DNA of 64,000 nt from a virus: positions 32,001 through 96,000 of the IMG/VR virus record IMGVR_UViG_3300047281_000098, one strand, 5' to 3'. The translations under genes were made by a program, and so were the position numbers. The notes under the pieces were generated by a model. That model searched no databases. It saw nothing but the letters and a program-made list of their open reading frames with translations, and was not told where the DNA came from. This document shows positions 1 through 9,172 of this stretch, piece by piece; within the stretch, counting starts at the first letter, position 1; each line of letters begins with the position of its first letter.

Positions 1-531
1 TGTAACGGCAATCGTTATGTATGGACAAATTCAGAACAGGGCAAGACACCAAATCACCCATGGATTAATCCTAATACTGCTACACTAAAGTCTAAACAAA
101 TTCCTTGCCCAACATGTGATGGTGGTAAGAAGAAAGGTGTGACGGAGGCTGAAAAGAATCCACACACAAGCGCACTAGGTAAAGCATTGTATCGTGACCT
201 AAGCAAAGAGAAGAAGGCAAGTCCTGAACAAGTAGAAAAGAACAAAGCAAACTGGGCGAAGAACCCGCACAACCCTGCTAATAAACAGCAAGGTGTGGCG
301 GAAGACCTAGACGCAAATCAAAAGCGTGTTGGTCAACTTGGACCACAAGAGAAAGCTGAAACAATTAGCCCGGTACTAGGTAGCAATCCAAAGCAACATC
401 CTTTCAAAGGTAAGTTAGTTGGTGCGGATGAAAGCATTGAAGAAGCAACTGACTTGCTAAGCATTCCTGAATGTGATAAAGAAGAAGATCCACTTGATCG
501 TATCAGAGCAATTATGAATCATCGTAGATAA
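1..531 (+). CDS. 5'-truncated modular protein, probable internal head/core-type protein
   Basis: Frame is open from base 1, upstream of the ORF-track start at 139. Contains CPTC and GV(T/A)E module junctions; C-terminal LDRIRAIM resembles the FRKLSGL end of 51446..53971. Confidence 0.5.
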   Translation, partial: CNGNRYVWTNSEQGKTPNHPWINPNTATLKSKQIPCPTCDGGKKKGVTEAEKNPHTSALGKALYRDLSKEKKASPEQVEKNKANWAKNPHNPANKQQGVAEDLDANQKRVGQLGPQEKAETISPVLGSNPKQHPFKGKLVGADESIEEATDLLSIPECDKEEDPLDRIRAIMNHRR

Positions 532-532
532 T

Positions 533-1159
533 ATGGCTAATTATTCTACCCTGGCGTACAAAGCATATCACTGGCTTGCTGACATTCCAAGTAAAATATC
601 TTGGAGTAAAAAGCACGCCTTTACTGAAGTTGATAAAGAACAATTGGCTGAGCTACTTGCCTCTGGTTACTATGTAATATTAACAGGTAATCGTAGCCAT
701 CTAAGCAGCGTGTTAGTATGTTTCTTATCTTGGGTAAAAACAGGAGTATGGGCACAGTACAGTCATGCTCTGATGAATTGTGATAACATCACTGACCCAA
801 GTGATCGTAGTAGCTTTAAGTTTGTTGAGGCAACTTCAGTGGGAGTACATCATTCTACATTTGATGAAATTACTGAATGTGATACTCTATGTGTTCTTAC
901 ACCAAAGAATATATCCAATGTAGAATGGACAGCAATTATTGACGCACTGGTCAAACAAGAAGGTACACCTTACGATGACTTGTTTGATTTGTCTGACACC
1001 ACTCACATAAGTTGTGTGGAATCGGTCCTTGATGCGTTGAAGGCTGCTGATTATGCTGATGATTTTGCTAATCTGGCAGCTATGATAGCTGATACGGGAA
1101 ATCTAGTTCCGCAGATGTACCGAAACTGTACTGACTTTACAGTAACTTTTGAAAAGTAA
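533..1159 (+). CDS. Permuted papain-like (YiiX/YebB, NlpC/P60-type) amidase/peptidase
   Basis: His motif YSHAL precedes G.PYD..F......SCVE.V..A (His before Cys = permuted order). Confidence 0.65.
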   Translation: MANYSTLAYKAYHWLADIPSKISWSKKHAFTEVDKEQLAELLASGYYVILTGNRSHLSSVLVCFLSWVKTGVWAQYSHALMNCDNITDPSDRSSFKFVEATSVGVHHSTFDEITECDTLCVLTPKNISNVEWTAIIDALVKQEGTPYDDLFDLSDTTHISCVESVLDALKAADYADDFANLAAMIADTGNLVPQMYRNCTDFTVTFEK

Positions 1160-1196
1160 ACGGGTAATAAAAAATTATTTAATTTGCCAGATGGAC

Positions 1197-1234
1197 TAAA
1201 TACAGTTGACATTCAGAGTTTATTTCTATATAAT
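1197..1234 (+). promoter_or_regulatory. Tandem late-type (TAAATA 1197) and sigma70 (TTGACA 1206, TATAAT 1229) promoters for the SSB gene
   Basis: Consensus hexamers with 17-nt spacer. Confidence 0.7.
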
Positions 1235-1309
1235 AGACTCTAAGTGCTAGTTATCTCATTCCGAGATAGCGACATTAAACGAAGACCAACTTAAATTTAG
1301 GAAACTATC

Positions 1310-2353
1310 ATGGCAACATCTCTCGCAGACATCCGCGCTCGTATCGCAGCGCAAGAAAACAAATCAGCACCAAAAGCATCAGCAGGTGACAACGCAATTT
1401 ATCCGCATTGGAACATGGAAGAAGGCACTATTGCCGGTCTTCGCTTTTTGCCTGACGCAAATACAATCAACCCTTACTTCTGGGTTGAGCGTAATATCAT
1501 CAAACTTCCATTCAACGGAGTCAAAGGTGACTCAAACAGCAAACGACTTGAAGTACAAGTTCCTTGTGTGGAAATGTACGGACCAGAATATGTTTGTCCT
1601 ATTCTAGCAGAAGTGCGTCCTTGGTACAAGGATGAGTCATTGAAAGAAATGGCTAACAAATACTGGAAAAAGCGTTCGTATTTGTTCCAAGGCTTTGTTC
1701 GTGCTAATCCAATTGGTGAAGACAAAGCACCAGCAAATCCTATTCGTCGCTTTATCATCAGTCCACAAATCTTTACAATCATCAAGTCTAGCTTGATGGA
1801 TCCTGAAATGGAAGAATTGCCAACTGACTACCTTAAAGGTCTTGATTTGAACATCAAGAAATCTTCTAAAGGTGGATACGCTGATTACTCTACTTCAACT
1901 TGGGCACGCAAAGAATCCGCGTTGACTGAAGCAGAAGCAGCAGCAATTGAAACTCATGGATTGTTTGATCTGGCCAGCTTCTTGCCTAAGAAGCCAGGTG
2001 AAGCTGAGTTGCGTATCATCAAGGAAATGTTTGAAGCATCAGTTGATGGTCAACCATATGACTTGGAACGTTGGGGTGCTTACTATCGTCCATGGGGTCT
2101 TGAGGCTCCAGCTGGTGCAGCTAACACTGGTTCACGACCAGCCCCAGCAGCACAGCCTGCTACTATCGCCCGTGCTCCGGCAGCAGCTCCAGTAGCTGAA
2201 TCAGCCCCGCAGGCTCAAGCATGGGAAGACGATGTTAAAGCTGCTGAAGAATCATTCAGCGCCCCAATTGCTGCCCCAGCTAAAGCTGCTGGTAGCGATA
2301 AAGCTACTGACATCCTAGCAATGATCCGCGCACGCCAGACAAAATCTGTCTAA
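1310..2353 (+). CDS. gp32: Single-stranded DNA-binding protein, T4 gp32-like
   Basis: LRFLPD, CP motif, KYWKKRSY, G.DLNIKK..KGGYADYS; Ala/Pro-rich tail; upstream of uvsX. Confidence 0.85.
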   Translation: MATSLADIRARIAAQENKSAPKASAGDNAIYPHWNMEEGTIAGLRFLPDANTINPYFWVERNIIKLPFNGVKGDSNSKRLEVQVPCVEMYGPEYVCPILAEVRPWYKDESLKEMANKYWKKRSYLFQGFVRANPIGEDKAPANPIRRFIISPQIFTIIKSSLMDPEMEELPTDYLKGLDLNIKKSSKGGYADYSTSTWARKESALTEAEAAAIETHGLFDLASFLPKKPGEAELRIIKEMFEASVDGQPYDLERWGAYYRPWGLEAPAGAANTGSRPAPAAQPATIARAPAAAPVAESAPQAQAWEDDVKAAEESFSAPIAAPAKAAGSDKATDILAMIRARQTKSV

Positions 2354-2359
2354 AGTAAC

Positions 2360-2381
2360 CAAGGGGACGCAAGTCCCCTTG
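2360..2381 (+). terminator. Stem-loop/putative terminator
   Basis: CAAGGGGAC-GCAA-GTCCCCTTG right after the stop codon; weak U tract. Confidence 0.6.
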
Positions 2382-2398
2382 TCTTACGGAGAAGTAAT

Positions 2399-2626
2399 AT
2401 GACATTACCTGATGAACGCTATCGTGCCATCAAGCAAGGTAGAAGACTCTTAGAAGAATTGTGTGACCCTGGCAAGACACCTCGTGTTCCTAGCTTGGTT
2501 AGAGACCGAGCAAGAGCCGCACTTAGACATTACCCCAATGACGGGGAATTAGAAAATATCGCTGTAAGCTGTCCGGAGTTACTTGACACGCAACCATTCA
2601 GTGTGTATAATTTCACTAACAAATAA
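2399..2626 (+). CDS. Small conserved protein, BPSL0761-like
   Basis: MTLPDERYRA...VP..VR.RA...LRHYP pattern; GGAG RBS. Confidence 0.5.
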   Translation: MTLPDERYRAIKQGRRLLEELCDPGKTPRVPSLVRDRARAALRHYPNDGELENIAVSCPELLDTQPFSVYNFTNK

Positions 2627-2638
2627 GAAAGAATATAT

Positions 2639-3715
2639 ATGGCAAAACCATTTGACTTATCAAAGTTTCGCAAAGGCGTAACAAAAAGTATTGAAGGTCT
2701 CTCTATTGGATTCAACGATCCAACTGACTGGATCAGCACAGGAAACTATGCGCTCAACTATTTAATCAGCGGTAACTTCAATCACGGTGTACCACTTGGT
2801 AAGGTAACTGTATTCGCAGGCGAATCAGGTGCCGGCAAGTCTTACATCTGTTCCGGTAACTTGATTAAGAACGCACAAGATCAAGGCATCTATGTTATTC
2901 TGATTGACTCAGAAAACGCATTGGATGAGGCTTGGTTACACGCATTGGGTGTCAAGACCACAGACGATAAAATGTTGAAACTCAATATGGCTATGATTGA
3001 TGACGTGGCTCGTGTTATCAGTGACTTTGTTAAAGAATACAAAACTCTGCCAGCCGATGATCGTCCAAAGGTCATGTTCGTTATTGACTCACTTGGCATG
3101 TTGCTTACTCCTACTGATGTGAATCAGTTTGAAGCAGGTGAAATGAAGGGTGACATGGGTCGTAAGCCTAAGGCATTGACCTCTCTTGTTCGTAACTGTG
3201 TGAATATGTTCGGTAGTTTGAACATTGGTATGGTGTGTACTAATCACTCATACGCATCACAAGACCCGTACAATCCTGATGACAAAATCTCGGGCGGCGC
3301 TGGATTCATCTACGCAAGTTCTATCGTTGTAGCTATGAAGAAACTCAAGCTGAAAGAAGACGAAGATGGTTCTAAGGTATCAGAAGTTCTTGGTATTCGT
3401 GCTGGTTGTAAAATCATGAAGACTCGCTACGCAAAGCCCTTTGAAGATATTCAACTTCATATTCCATACTCAACTGGTATGAGCCCATACAGTGGATTCT
3501 TTGATCTGCTTGAGAAAAAGGGAATGATTGCCAAAGAAGGTAACCGTTACACTTACATTGATCTGAATGGTGTTGTTCATAAGTACTTCCGTAAGGAATG
3601 GAACAAGAACGCCAATGGCATTTTTGATCTGGTAATGCTGGAGTATGAAGAAAAGAATAAATCAGTAACTGCGTTGGCTACTGAGGATGAGGAAGAAGAA
3701 GGAGTAACTGAATGA
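2639..3715 (+). CDS. uvsX: RecA-like recombinase UvsX
   Basis: STG, Walker A GESGAGKS, IDSENALD, Walker B VIDSLG, ISGG. Confidence 0.93.
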   Translation: MAKPFDLSKFRKGVTKSIEGLSIGFNDPTDWISTGNYALNYLISGNFNHGVPLGKVTVFAGESGAGKSYICSGNLIKNAQDQGIYVILIDSENALDEAWLHALGVKTTDDKMLKLNMAMIDDVARVISDFVKEYKTLPADDRPKVMFVIDSLGMLLTPTDVNQFEAGEMKGDMGRKPKALTSLVRNCVNMFGSLNIGMVCTNHSYASQDPYNPDDKISGGAGFIYASSIVVAMKKLKLKEDEDGSKVSEVLGIRAGCKIMKTRYAKPFEDIQLHIPYSTGMSPYSGFFDLLEKKGMIAKEGNRYTYIDLNGVVHKYFRKEWNKNANGIFDLVMLEYEEKNKSVTALATEDEEEEGVTE

Positions 3716-3966
3716 GTTTAGACATGATTTCTGAAGTGTGGGAAACATTGCGTTCTCACATTGATGCTAATGATCGTAAAGATGCCGCCGATTCGTTGAT
3801 CAATTTATTGATTGACCACAACTACGAAACAAGTGATATTAAATCTGAATTCAAGGGTGATAAAGATGTCATGGCCGCGCTGAAGTATTATGCTGAACAA
3901 CATGAAGTTGAAGAAGAATACGAAGATGACGGCGACGACGATGAAGACAACAGCGACGACTATTAA
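3712..3966 (+). CDS. Hypothetical protein with acidic tail
   Basis: ATGA-coupled to uvsX and abutting uvsY. Confidence 0.7.
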   Translation: MSLDMISEVWETLRSHIDANDRKDAADSLINLLIDHNYETSDIKSEFKGDKDVMAALKYYAEQHEVEEEYEDDGDDDEDNSDDY

Positions 3967-4425
3967 ATGAATTGGTATACGCAAATATCATCTGACCTCA
4001 GTGTGATACCTGATTTTATATCTCACCACGATGCGCAGTTATATGCTGCTAAGGTAGATGTAAAAATCTCAGGGAACATTGAGAGAAATATTGCTGCGTT
4101 ACCGGGTATCACTGAACGCCTCTTCAACCAACTACAGGAAGTTGAAGCGGTGCTTGAATTTTTAAATCTACAGCTACGAAAACTACGCCGTAAGCATTTT
4201 CAAAAGTATCTGGAAGCGTACAACCGAGCATTGACAAGTCGTGATGCTGAACGATACACAGATGGTGAAGAGGAAGTAGTTGACTTTGAAACACTAATCA
4301 ATTCAGTTGCTTTTTTACGCAATCAGTATCTTGGAGTCATCAAGGGTTTGGAGAGTAAAAACTTTATGCTAGGGCATATTGTTCGTCTCAGGGCTGCTGG
4401 TATGGAAGATATCTCACTTAATTAA
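3967..4425 (+). CDS. uvsY: Recombination mediator UvsY-like
   Basis: Helical 152-aa protein with L..RD.E.Y.DG, next to uvsX. Confidence 0.7.
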   Translation: MNWYTQISSDLSVIPDFISHHDAQLYAAKVDVKISGNIERNIAALPGITERLFNQLQEVEAVLEFLNLQLRKLRRKHFQKYLEAYNRALTSRDAERYTDGEEEVVDFETLINSVAFLRNQYLGVIKGLESKNFMLGHIVRLRAAGMEDISLN

Positions 4426-4442
4426 ATCGGGTAAACCTCATA

Positions 4443-4471
4443 TTGACAAGATATGAGGTTTCCGCTATAAT
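4443..4471 (+). promoter_or_regulatory. sigma70 promoter embedded in an inverted repeat
   Basis: TTGACA 4443, TATAAT 4466, 17-nt spacer. Confidence 0.75.
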
Positions 4472-4496
4472 AGTCGTATCTTAACACAGGTACCAT

Positions 4497-5246
4497 ATGG
4501 CATACTCTCCCCCTAATCTCTCATCCATCAATACTGTTTGGGAAGACCTCTCACTGATAAGGTCTAATCCAGTAATAGACAATCCGTGGGTTCATTCAGG
4601 TCTTAGAAAAGTAGAATCATTTCAATCTACTGAAGATTTACTGGCACTCGCGGTAACTTGGAAACGATTGCGAGACAACAATATCACACACAATGTCAGC
4701 AGCTTAAAAGATGATGAATTATTTAAGTTCGTCATTGAAGAAGACCGCATTCTTGCTAATACAATCAGGGATTATTACAGCAAGAAATTAATGTTGACGG
4801 TTCTGAAGGAAATACCTCTTACTAAATTCAGAAAAGACCTGAACACCTTTATTCATGGGTCTGGGTTAGAGTTCACCGAATCAACTATTCCTCTGGTTTA
4901 CCGTCTACCTGAATTTTATGAATACGATACCGCAATGGATGTATTACGAAGAGACTTGGTCAGCATTCCCTCAACGCAAAGCTTTAGTAAAGGATCCGAC
5001 TCACTTATCCCAGTAAAGTATTTTAAGAGAAAACTAGCAGGTAAAGTGCGACATGAATATTGGCTCAAGACAGCCAAGAATCACAGTGCTATGATTTTAA
5101 TTGATGATGTCAATCCACTTCAGCATATGTGGGACCGTGAATTTGCCAAGGACCATATTGACATTGCTGCCAATTATATAATTACCAAGCGTGATGACTT
5201 TTCCTTTTATACATTGAAGAAATGGCAATTAGTAGTGGTTGACTGA
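4497..5246 (+). CDS. Hypothetical protein
   Basis: 249-aa ORF following a consensus promoter. Confidence 0.7.
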   Translation: MAYSPPNLSSINTVWEDLSLIRSNPVIDNPWVHSGLRKVESFQSTEDLLALAVTWKRLRDNNITHNVSSLKDDELFKFVIEEDRILANTIRDYYSKKLMLTVLKEIPLTKFRKDLNTFIHGSGLEFTESTIPLVYRLPEFYEYDTAMDVLRRDLVSIPSTQSFSKGSDSLIPVKYFKRKLAGKVRHEYWLKTAKNHSAMILIDDVNPLQHMWDREFAKDHIDIAANYIITKRDDFSFYTLKKWQLVVVD

Positions 5247-5294
5247 TAATCCAAAAGGTGTTATAATAGATACTTAAACAGCAACAAGGTCACT

Positions 5295-5531
5295 ATGAAA
5301 TCACTGAAACAGTCACAAAAAGTTCGCATTATCGTATCCGGTGTTGCGATTTACACGACAGTGAAACAGCTTCGCTTTGGTCTGTTTGGGTTCGCAAACC
5401 AAAATCTTGCTGCTAATCAAGCCTTGGATGCTCTTGAATCCATGCGTAATAGCAAGGGTTCAGCGGCTGACAGCACCGTCGGTCTTGCTGGAACTTGGTC
5501 ACAGCTTCAAATTCAATTGGATATTCTTTAA
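5295..5531 (+). CDS. Early hypothetical protein
   Basis: ORF directly after a promoter cassette with AAGG RBS. Confidence 0.7.
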   Translation: MKSLKQSQKVRIIVSGVAIYTTVKQLRFGLFGFANQNLAANQALDALESMRNSKGSAADSTVGLAGTWSQLQIQLDIL

Positions 5532-5599
5532 ATTTCGGTTGACATTAAATCATTTTGGTGATATAATAGACTCATAGACAGCGACAAACAGGACTTAAA

Positions 5600-5845
5600 A
5601 TGAACGAACGCATTAAAGAACTCATTAATCTGAGCGGCATTGAAATTCGGAGAAACTATGATGAAAATGGGTCTACCCCTGCTGAATTACAAAAGTTCGC
5701 CGAGTTGATCGTGAGAGCGTGCGCCGATGCCGCAGACATGGCGTATGATGCCCGGTGTAGTGACGTAGGCGACTATGTTGGAGAGCAGCTTGGTTATGGT
5801 GAAGAACACGGCATCACTGCGTGGCGGCACAGAACCGAAGAATGA
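5600..5845 (+). CDS. Early hypothetical protein (MNERIKEL-type)
   Basis: Promoter cassette plus AGGA RBS. Confidence 0.7.
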   Translation: MNERIKELINLSGIEIRRNYDENGSTPAELQKFAELIVRACADAADMAYDARCSDVGDYVGEQLGYGEEHGITAWRHRTEE

Positions 5846-5924
5846 ATTGTTGGCAAATTTCGGTTGACATTTAATCCGAAATCTGATATAATAGATACTT
5901 AGACAGCAACAAACAGGACTTAAA

Positions 5925-6155
5925 ATGAACATTGGCACTATCATCAAATCGTTTGACTTCCCCGGTAATTTGAACTGCTACATGGTTGGTACAGTGACTA
6001 AAGTAGAAGGTGACTTTATCACTTGTGATACAATCAAGCAAGTATTCGACGGTAAAGCATTGCCCAATGAACAATTCAACAAAGAATTCCGTACAGTAGC
6101 ACAAGGCTCTGGAATGTTTGATGCTACATTTCAACGCATCGTTGAACTGGCATAA
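5925..6155 (+). CDS. Early hypothetical protein, small beta-rich
   Basis: Promoter cassette plus AGGA RBS. Confidence 0.7.
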   Translation: MNIGTIIKSFDFPGNLNCYMVGTVTKVEGDFITCDTIKQVFDGKALPNEQFNKEFRTVAQGSGMFDATFQRIVELA

Positions 6156-6156
6156 T

Positions 6157-6270
6157 ATGTTTCGCAAATTACTTTCAATCCAGTGCGTTGAATGTCAGGA
6201 AGTTCGCGTTTGGTTCTGGCAACGACAATGTTCTTTTTGCGATCCTGGCGAAGGCAAAGTATCGACTTGA
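6157..6270 (+). CDS. 37-aa CxxC-CxxC microprotein (not in ORF track)
   Basis: MFRKLLSIQCVECQEVRVWFWQRQCSFCDPGEGKVST; fills the gap between the previous stop and the next promoter. Confidence 0.5.
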   Translation: MFRKLLSIQCVECQEVRVWFWQRQCSFCDPGEGKVST

Positions 6271-6327
6271 CATTAAATCACTTTTCTGCTATAATAGACT
6301 CTTAACTTACTTACTCTGAGAAATAAA

Positions 6328-6408
6328 ATGAATCAAACTACTAAACAATCTTCTACTGGTGGCGTTATCACTTACACAAAGACCGGATTGATTCACAAAC
6401 AAAAATAA
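6328..6408 (+). CDS. 26-aa microprotein (not in ORF track)
   Basis: MNQTTKQSSTGGVITYTKTGLIHKQK; the only ORF between two promoter cassettes. Confidence 0.55.
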   Translation: MNQTTKQSSTGGVITYTKTGLIHKQK

Positions 6409-6465
6409 AGATTGACGATAAATCATTTTTCTGATATAATAGATACTTAACAACAAGGAATCAAC

Positions 6466-6639
6466 ATGAGTAAAATGAGCGAATTGGATCTGACTATTAC
6501 TGAATACCTGGAAGAAGGTGATAATGTTTATCGTATTGCGTCAGTGCTGAATGTTCCGCTGGAGCAGGTTCAAGAAATTGAAGCACGATTGTTCTCACTT
6601 GAAAATGTGCCATACGAAACTTATATTCATTACGGTTGA
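6466..6639 (+). CDS. 57-aa HTH-like microprotein (not in ORF track)
   Basis: AAGGA RBS; MSKMSELDLTITEYLEEGDNVYRIASVLNVPLEQVQEIE... Confidence 0.65.
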   Translation: MSKMSELDLTITEYLEEGDNVYRIASVLNVPLEQVQEIEARLFSLENVPYETYIHYG

Positions 6640-6699
6640 CATTAAATCATTTTGGTGATATAATAGATACTTAAACAGCAACACATAGAAAGATATAGC

Positions 6700-6972
6700 A
6701 TGAAAATGTCACTCACTGAAATCAATACTTTGATGGTTCAGGGTAATACTATTGTTTCTGAGTTACCAACTAGTGAGGGCCAAGTCTCTCGTGTTATTTT
6801 TGGCAAGAACTTTCAGGGCCTACGCATCCCAGTATTGCGTAAAGCACCATATATGGGACCAGCAAGCATCATGTGTGGTACTAAACTGTATTTTGTCGTG
6901 AAAACTAGTGACAAGTCTTATGAGATTCACAAATCTAAAACTGCTTACATGCGTTTTCAAAAACAAAAGTAA
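6700..6972 (+). CDS. Early hypothetical protein
   Basis: ORF following a promoter cassette. Confidence 0.7.
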   Translation: MKMSLTEINTLMVQGNTIVSELPTSEGQVSRVIFGKNFQGLRIPVLRKAPYMGPASIMCGTKLYFVVKTSDKSYEIHKSKTAYMRFQKQK

Positions 6973-7052
6973 AATAAAGTGCCCAAAACTTGACATTAAA
7001 TCATTTCGGTGATATAATAGATACTTAAACAGCAACACATAGAAAGTTATAA

Positions 7053-8063
7053 ATGGCAACAGTTCGCATTCTCTCTGGCACGTATCGTAATCAGGCAGTT
7101 ATTGACAAAAGCTTTACACTTGTAAAGGGATTTCAGACTTCTAAAACTGGCAGTTATGTGACAGTTCAGAATGATGGACAGTTTGCGATTGATATCGCAG
7201 TTGTTAAAGTTAAAGTAGACAGCATTGAACAAATTGAATTTATTGATGGGGCTCCCGAGTTGACAACTAATATTAAAACAGTTACAGAGACTGATGTAGA
7301 AGCAATGGACCGTATTGCTAGTCGTTTTTCAGTTCTTGATGAAATGTCCAGCGCATGTATCGCAGGTAACATTCGTGCGATGATTGTTACTGGTCCTCCG
7401 GGCGTAGGTAAATCTCACGGTGTTACTTTACAAATGGAAAAAGCATCTATGTTTGACAAAATTTCTGGCAAGCGTCCTCGCTTTCAGATTGTCAAAGGTG
7501 CTATGTCAGGCATTGGTCTGTTCGCAACATTGTACAAATACTCTGATGCTAAAAATGTGCTGGTGTTTGATGACTGTGATGTTTGGGAAGATCAAGACGC
7601 ATTGAACGTGTTGAAAGGTGCTCTTGATTCTGGTAAGACTCGTAGAATTTCTTGGAATAAAGATTCTCGTCTGTTGCGCGAAGAAGGTGTGCCGAATACT
7701 TTCAACTTCAATGGCTCTATCATCTTTATTACCAATCTCAACTTCAATGATCGTCGGTCCAAAAAGATTCAAGCTCACTTGGATGCGCTTCAATCTCGTT
7801 GTCACTATCTTGATCTGACTATCAATACTGAACGCGATAAAATTCTGCGTATCAAACAAGTACACCGCGATGCTGATGGTGGTCTGTTTGCTAGCTATGA
7901 TTTTGATAACAACGAAGGTGATATGATCGTTGAATTCATGGAGCAGAATAAAGATAAATTGCGCGAAGTGTCGATGCGTATGGGACTGAAGATTGCTGAC
8001 TTAGTAAAAATTAGCCCACACAATTGGAAGGTACTTACCCAAGCAACTTGTATGAGAGCATAA
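7053..8063 (+). CDS. AAA+/P-loop ATPase
   Basis: Walker A GPPGVGKS, Walker B LVFDDCD, sensor IIFITN, ALQSR arginine finger. Confidence 0.85.
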   Translation: MATVRILSGTYRNQAVIDKSFTLVKGFQTSKTGSYVTVQNDGQFAIDIAVVKVKVDSIEQIEFIDGAPELTTNIKTVTETDVEAMDRIASRFSVLDEMSSACIAGNIRAMIVTGPPGVGKSHGVTLQMEKASMFDKISGKRPRFQIVKGAMSGIGLFATLYKYSDAKNVLVFDDCDVWEDQDALNVLKGALDSGKTRRISWNKDSRLLREEGVPNTFNFNGSIIFITNLNFNDRRSKKIQAHLDALQSRCHYLDLTINTERDKILRIKQVHRDADGGLFASYDFDNNEGDMIVEFMEQNKDKLREVSMRMGLKIADLVKISPHNWKVLTQATCMRA

Positions 8064-8081
8064 CAATTTCTGTCACACATT

Positions 8082-8106
8082 AAAGGGACTAAGGTCCCTT
8101 TCTTTT
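8082..8106 (+). terminator. Rho-independent terminator
   Basis: AAAGGGAC-TAAG-GTCCCTTT followed by a T-rich tail. Confidence 0.75.
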
Positions 8107-8150
8107 CCTTTATACTTGTATTATTTTTTAGAGTCTGTTATAATCATAGT

Positions 8151-9170
8151 ATGGAATTACAAACATCAGAACATCTAATATATTTTATGAAGCATAATCT
8201 ACGCCTGAGTAGATATGATCAGAGATTCTTAGAAAATTTAGAAATACTAATTCTTCATGAAAATAGAGTTACCACCAATCAAGTAACGCTATTACATAAA
8301 ATAGTCAATACGTATCATAGACAGTTTATTAAATATGACATGTTTATTGAAGCATTAGTAAAGCTTCCGTGGAACGTGCCTCTTGTAACTAGCTCTCCTG
8401 AATATGTTGATACATACATCACAATTGAGGCTGCCGGCGAGGTGATAACGTGTAAAACTCCTTATCATAGAGCCTTTATACAAACTTTTAGTAAATCAAC
8501 TGAGCATTCATTTAAATGGGACAATGATGCGAAAATTTACAGCACATCGTTCAGCACTGGTAATCTAAAATTCATTGTTGATACAACTAAAAAACACTTT
8601 AACAATATACACCTCTGCCCAATAACTACACATCTTCTAGCTGAACTATGCGAATTTGAAGATGTTAAATACTGGACACCCACGCTGGTGTATTCAAATG
8701 GGCTATTGTTTATTGCGGCAATCAATGAAGCATTGTATAATGCGTTATCACATATTGAGTTAGCAGTTGATCCGATAACACTGTCTGAGCTAGTACGGTA
8801 CGGTATCACCATAGATAAATCTGCGTTGGAAAGATGTACTGATGTCATAGCATCTTTCGCCTCACTCTATAGCCCAGTAGTTGAACTAAGTGAGGTACAA
8901 GACATTGTTCCATGGCTACAACAATTAAAATGTGATTGTGTTTATTTCTCCGGCGGCCCTATATTGACAACAGGTAAAGCAGCACTACGTAAGTTGCTAC
9001 ATAGCGTAGATATAGCGTGTCATGAAGTTGGTGACCCAAAGACTGCTGTTGGATCATACTTCTTTCCAGTTATACTGAGATTTAGGGCAGTGTCCGATTT
9101 GTCATATGAGCCATACAAAGTGGCTAAAGTAATTAAATTAGTGGACTCACGTCCTATAACAATAAGGTAA
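8151..9170 (+). CDS. Hypothetical protein upstream of UvsW
   Basis: 339-aa ORF; TTGTAT 8116/TATAAT 8139 promoter ends 6 nt before the ATG. Confidence 0.7.
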   Translation: MELQTSEHLIYFMKHNLRLSRYDQRFLENLEILILHENRVTTNQVTLLHKIVNTYHRQFIKYDMFIEALVKLPWNVPLVTSSPEYVDTYITIEAAGEVITCKTPYHRAFIQTFSKSTEHSFKWDNDAKIYSTSFSTGNLKFIVDTTKKHFNNIHLCPITTHLLAELCEFEDVKYWTPTLVYSNGLLFIAAINEALYNALSHIELAVDPITLSELVRYGITIDKSALERCTDVIASFASLYSPVVELSEVQDIVPWLQQLKCDCVYFSGGPILTTGKAALRKLLHSVDIACHEVGDPKTAVGSYFFPVILRFRAVSDLSYEPYKVAKVIKLVDSRPITIR

Positions 9171-9172
9171 TA

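Larger units (their letters stand above)
5239..7052 (+). repeat. Seven dispersed copies of an early promoter/leader cassette
   Basis: TTGAC(A/G/T)-N17-TATAATAGA(T/C) at 5239, 5539, 5864, 6267, 6412, 6636, 6990. Spacer (ttaaatcattt..gtga) and leader (acttaaacagcaaca) are conserved across copies. Confidence 0.85.

Noticed and set aside
5239-7052. CRISPR array
   Set aside because: The repeats are imperfect promoters separated by roughly 150-400 nt periods that contain ORFs; no cas genes.
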